A stretch of DNA of 64,000 nt from the human T2T-CHM13v2.0 reference genome, Homo sapiens: NCBI RefSeq assembly GCF_009914755.1, contig NC_060927.1; one strand, given 5' to 3'. The translations under genes were made by a program, and so were the position numbers. The notes under the pieces were generated by a model. That model was not told the origin of the DNA. It searched no databases and saw nothing but the letters and a program-made list of their open reading frames with translations. Below, piece by piece: positions 59,897 to 64,000 of this stretch; the first letter of the stretch is position 1; every line of letters starts with the position of its first letter.

Positions 59897-60316
59897 TGTT
59901 AGTTTGGGTCCTTTGAGGAACAAGAACTGGATGCAAAGACAGGATTAAATGTGTGTACGTCGATTAGGGGAAATGTCTATGAGAGAAAATGGAGAGGTTG
60001 GGAAAACCATCAGACCTCATTGCAAATCTGCCCCTAATTCCCCTAATGAAGAAGAAAGGGAAGTTCTAAGTGCAGCTCTCAGGAATGTTTAGCAAGTCCA
60101 TCAGGGAGTCCTGAAGCCAATGCCACCCATTAGAGGAGTCCTGTGCCCCCCAAGGAATGGGCCTGCCTCAGTATTCCATGTTCAATCACTGGTGATGAGA
60201 AACATGGCCTTGGCCCAAAAAACAGTGATGCGCTTCACAGCATAGAAGCTAGGAGTCTTAGTCAATTATACTTCCTGCAGTTGGAGGTCTGTGGCTCACA
60301 TTCTCATGGCTGCTGA
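59897..60316 (-). mobile_element. LTR16C-like ERVL LTR
   Basis: tgttagtttgggtcc..caggattaaatgtg..agaggagtcctgtg..aggaatgggcctgcctcagtatt. Confidence 0.65.
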
Positions 60317-60385
60317 ATCCCACCTTGGGAAATCAAGAGAGTTGAGAAGGCTTCAGGCAGGCCAATGGAGCCAGGTACCTGAAAT

Positions 60386-60874
60386 TGAGGTAGGAGGTGG
60401 GACTTGACTCCAAAGGCAGGGCTTGGACACTGGACCAAGCTGAGGACTAGCTAAAACATGGATGGGGTGAAAGCAGCTTTTCATAAGACACACCCATCAC
60501 TGTGCCATGTCAATTTACCATTGTCATGGCAACACCCAGAAGTTGGTGCCCCTTTCCATGGCAATGGCCTGATGACTTGGAAGTTACCACCCTATTTCTA
60601 GAAAATTCTGTATAATCCATATCTTAATTTGCATATAATTAAAAGTGGATGTAAATATGACTGAAGAACTGCATCTAAGCTGCTACTGTGGGCACGCTGC
60701 CTATGGGCTAGCCCTGCTCTGCAAGAAGCAGTACTTCTGCTGCTGCTGTGCCCTGCTGCTTCAATAAACGTTGCTGTCTGACACCACCCGGCTTGCACCT
60801 GAATTCTTTCCTGGGCAAAGCCAAGAACCCTCCCAGGCTAAGTCCCAATTTTGGGGCTCACTTGCCCTGCATCA
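60386..60874 (+). mobile_element. MER66-like ERV1 solo LTR, intact
   Basis: tgaggtaggagg...ccctgcatca termini; 4-bp TSD aaat (60382-60385 / 60875-60878); AATAAA at ~60763. Confidence 0.9.
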
Positions 60875-61373
60875 AAATCAAAGGTGTGACCATAGAGTCA
60901 CAAGGAAAGATTGAGACATTGGAGAGTGGGCCAGGGCCAGACCTTAGGCGGTAGCAGACAGACTGGCATTGTCGGTCATCTGCCTCCCTACAGATTTATC
61001 ATGGCGAATGGCCAGATCTAGATAGAAAGAGTAAGATAGGAACTTTATTTGCCTGAATTTGGGCAATGAGATAAAGGGAAGGAATTGGAATCGAGAGCTA
61101 GGAAGACCCTTAGGAGTCCTCCTATGTATTTGTCAAGGACTCCGAGGCGCTGATCCAATATATTTTTGTTCCCTTTAATGGCTCAGTCAAAGCTGTTTTA
61201 ATCAGTAATTACATTAGAAGCTACAATTAGTTACTGCACTAACAACAAAAGCCATTCATAGGTACCGACTAAGTATTTATTCTTAGACAGTGAGTATTAA
61301 AAACAGAGTTCTTGACCTCTGGGTGCTCACGGTGAAATTGTAGCATTAGCAGATTCAACAGCGTATGATGCAA

Positions 61374-61407
61374 ACACACACACACACACACACACACGCA
61401 CGCACAC
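61374..61407. repeat. (CA)n/(CACG)n microsatellite
   Basis: Direct reading. Confidence 0.93.
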
Positions 61408-63317
61408 CCAAGAAATGAGCAATCCCTTTCACTTCAAAGAGAGACATTTGTAGGAAACGGCCAATAGAAGTCAGTTACTTTATCTGGTATTCCTGAAACA
61501 GAGATTTTCTTCCAATGCTAGATAAAATATTTTTAGACTCTAGTTCCCATTTTCCCCAGATTCATTACATAAAGAACTGCCTATTTTGAACTCATTCCTG
61601 ATATCATCTCTACAGAGCCCCACAGGCCTAATCACTTATATTAATGAAAAGCATTATTTGTGCCCATCGGGGCAAACATTGCTCATTTAGATACATCTTT
61701 GTCGTTGATTCCCATTGAAGCTAGTGCCGTTGATGCAATTGTCAAAACATGAATGATTGTAAACAGTAAACTTGGTTTGAGGTACTTATAATATTCTTAA
61801 GATTCTCTGTCCTCTAACTCAATATGTGGTGAGTTGTGTCTTTCTTTGCTTCCATATCTGAGTAAAAAATAGCACGAGGATGATTCCAAGTTTGGTTTAT
61901 GTACACTAATTAAGCTTCAACACCCTGAAGTATGAATTTGTTACCCATTGAACAGATAAAGAAGCTGTGTTAGATAAGTCATTTGAGGTCGCATCGTGAG
62001 TCACGAGGCCATATCAGAACATGAATACTTGGCTTAATCTGTGCTTTTGTGTCAGATCATATGTTTCAACTAGTTCAACATCACATTGCCAGCAGAGGTC
62101 TTCAGCAAGTACATTCTAGTGATCAATCAGAGTACTTGGCAGAAGAGTCATCTTTGTCATAGAATTTCCAAAGCAAAGTCCAAACGACTCTGCCATTGGT
62201 TATTAAATGACACCACATGCTTTTTCCAAACTTACCTTTTGAATGCAAGCGAAATAAAGAAAGGACTTAAGAAATCTTTCAGTGCTCACTTTGGCAGAAC
62301 ATATACTAAAACTGTACCATGAAGCACTCTATATTTTTAAAAATTAAAATTAAAAAGAAGAAAACAAAAATGACACAAAATGGGAATCTTTTAGCTCTTT
62401 CTTTCACCTGGGTAATCATATTCAAATAGTTAATCTATCACTTTATTCATTTGTAGAGAAAAATTCTCTTTCAAAAGGTGGCATCAAGACCAGCTAAACA
62501 TGGTGGGAAGACACTGAAAAATAAGAGCTCCCCAAATGACAAATGCTAAAGACGTTGATCACCGAGATGCTAACTGGCTTCCCCAAATAACCTAACACTT
62601 CAAGGACTGCACGTTTATTATGTGCCTTGGCCGCATCCCTTCCATCATCACTAATGAACCTCTCAGGGACCTGCTTGACCACATTCCCATCATCTATACC
62701 AAATTAAAGACAAACACCGCATTGGAAATTCAAAGTATTTACCTCCCTTGGGAGTTGTTTAATCAAGTTTCATTTGGAGTATATTCCTAACTCTATTGTA
62801 ATAAAAAACAATTGAGTTAATAGCGTGTTGCATTTGGGAGGATGATTCAGTATTTGTCTGAAAAGTGGTGGTGCTTTTTTGTTGTTGTTGTAGTTGTTGT
62901 TGTTGTTGTTTAAATACTGAAAATAAGAAAAAAGATTTGGCAGAGGCCCAGCTCTTGAAGTTATTGTATCATTCTAACCATTAAATATAAAAAGTCTAAT
63001 ATATGTTTCTTCTTATTATTTTTGTCAAATATGTGACTCCTGAAATTTCTTTCATTAGCCTTAACTGTATTAATTTTATCACAGCTACAAAAGCAGAAAG
63101 AAAATCATGCTACAATTTCTACTTCACTCAGGTGGTTGTTCTACAGTTCATATGTAGAGTTAAGAAAACATATATTAAAAATTTAAAGTATTCACCTGAA
63201 GGGTGTAATTTTCATAAGGAAATCAACAAACCAAATAACAATTTACCATAGGGACTATAATAAGGGGAAAAACAGTACGCTTCAATTTTGCTTTAAAAAA
63301 ATTCTGTTGACAATTTC

Positions 63318-63320
<3 letters not shown>

Positions 63321-63357
<37 letters not shown>
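63321..63357. repeat. (CA)18 microsatellite followed by degenerate CA-rich sequence to ~63485
   Basis: Direct reading. Confidence 0.95.
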
Positions 63358-63360
<3 letters not shown>

Positions 63361-64000
63361 AACACACCTTCTCAGGTACCCACAGCTCCTCTCACATGTA
63401 CATTCCCTCACACATAAGAACTCTTATTTACCCTTACACATTCACAAACCCATACATGCCCACACACACCCTCAAATACCACACATCCTATTATAAAAGG
63501 GTCTCAAAAGAGGAAAATCCAATAGAGAGGTGTTAGCTATGAGGGGGGAGTTTCTATACGTATTGCTAGAAATTCTTCAAAAGGGAAGATGTGCCCTTCT
63601 CTCCCACTTATTTATTTATTCTATCATTTACTTACATCAGCATGGGTGTATAAACATTTATTCTTCAGGTTATAACCCAATACTATAGTTATTTATTTTG
63701 TTGCTCAAATTGTTCCAACTTATATTCATATACAGGACAAAGAATTATTGCTGCACAACAGGGAAGGGTCACACAAGATGCTCCTAAGTTAATATTAATA
63801 TTCAGCTGAGTGGTAGGTACTTGGGTGTTTGATTGTTAATATTCAAATTGTATGTATATGCATACATCATAGTCATTATTTTGTATATATTTACAATAAC
63901 AAAATTACCTCCCCAAAATGAAGTAGACATAATTTTTCTCCTAATGGGCTGGTAAAAAGAAATATCTGTTAATATTAAGTGTAGGCAAAAATATGGGCAG

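Noticed and set aside
62494-62793. Protein-like short ORFs (MVKQVPERFISDDGRD.. on minus; MCLGRIPSIITNEPL.. on plus)
   Set aside because: About 60 aa, no recognisable family and no clear splice or promoter context; a BLASTX/PhyloCSF check would be needed.

Overview
Human non-coding genomic DNA: an AluYa5 with all five diagnostic changes points to human. The window is intergenic or deep-intronic and rich in interspersed repeats. I can support no protein-coding gene, RNA gene or CpG-island promoter; most ORFs in the track come from Alu, LTR or L1 sequence and the rest look like chance. It holds about 22 Alu elements, two solo ERV9 LTR12 elements with their own 4-bp target-site duplications (TSDs), two MER66-like LTRs (one intact, one truncated), MaLR/ERVL LTRs, old L1 and MIR fragments, hAT non-autonomous elements and microsatellites. 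The most notable structures the repeats do not explain are: (1) a 182-bp, 95%-identical inverted repeat of apparently unique DNA at 13048-13229 / 14487-14668, whose right arm has insertion-junction signatures and which lies about 2.5 kb downstream of an LTR12; (2) a perfect 24-bp inverted copy of the 5' flank at the 3' breakpoint of the truncated MER66-like LTR; (3) a young AluYa5 that may be polymorphic. I found no new multi-gene biological system. Repeat subfamily names come from recalled consensus sequences, not a search; boundaries of old repeats are approximate; the locus was not identified.
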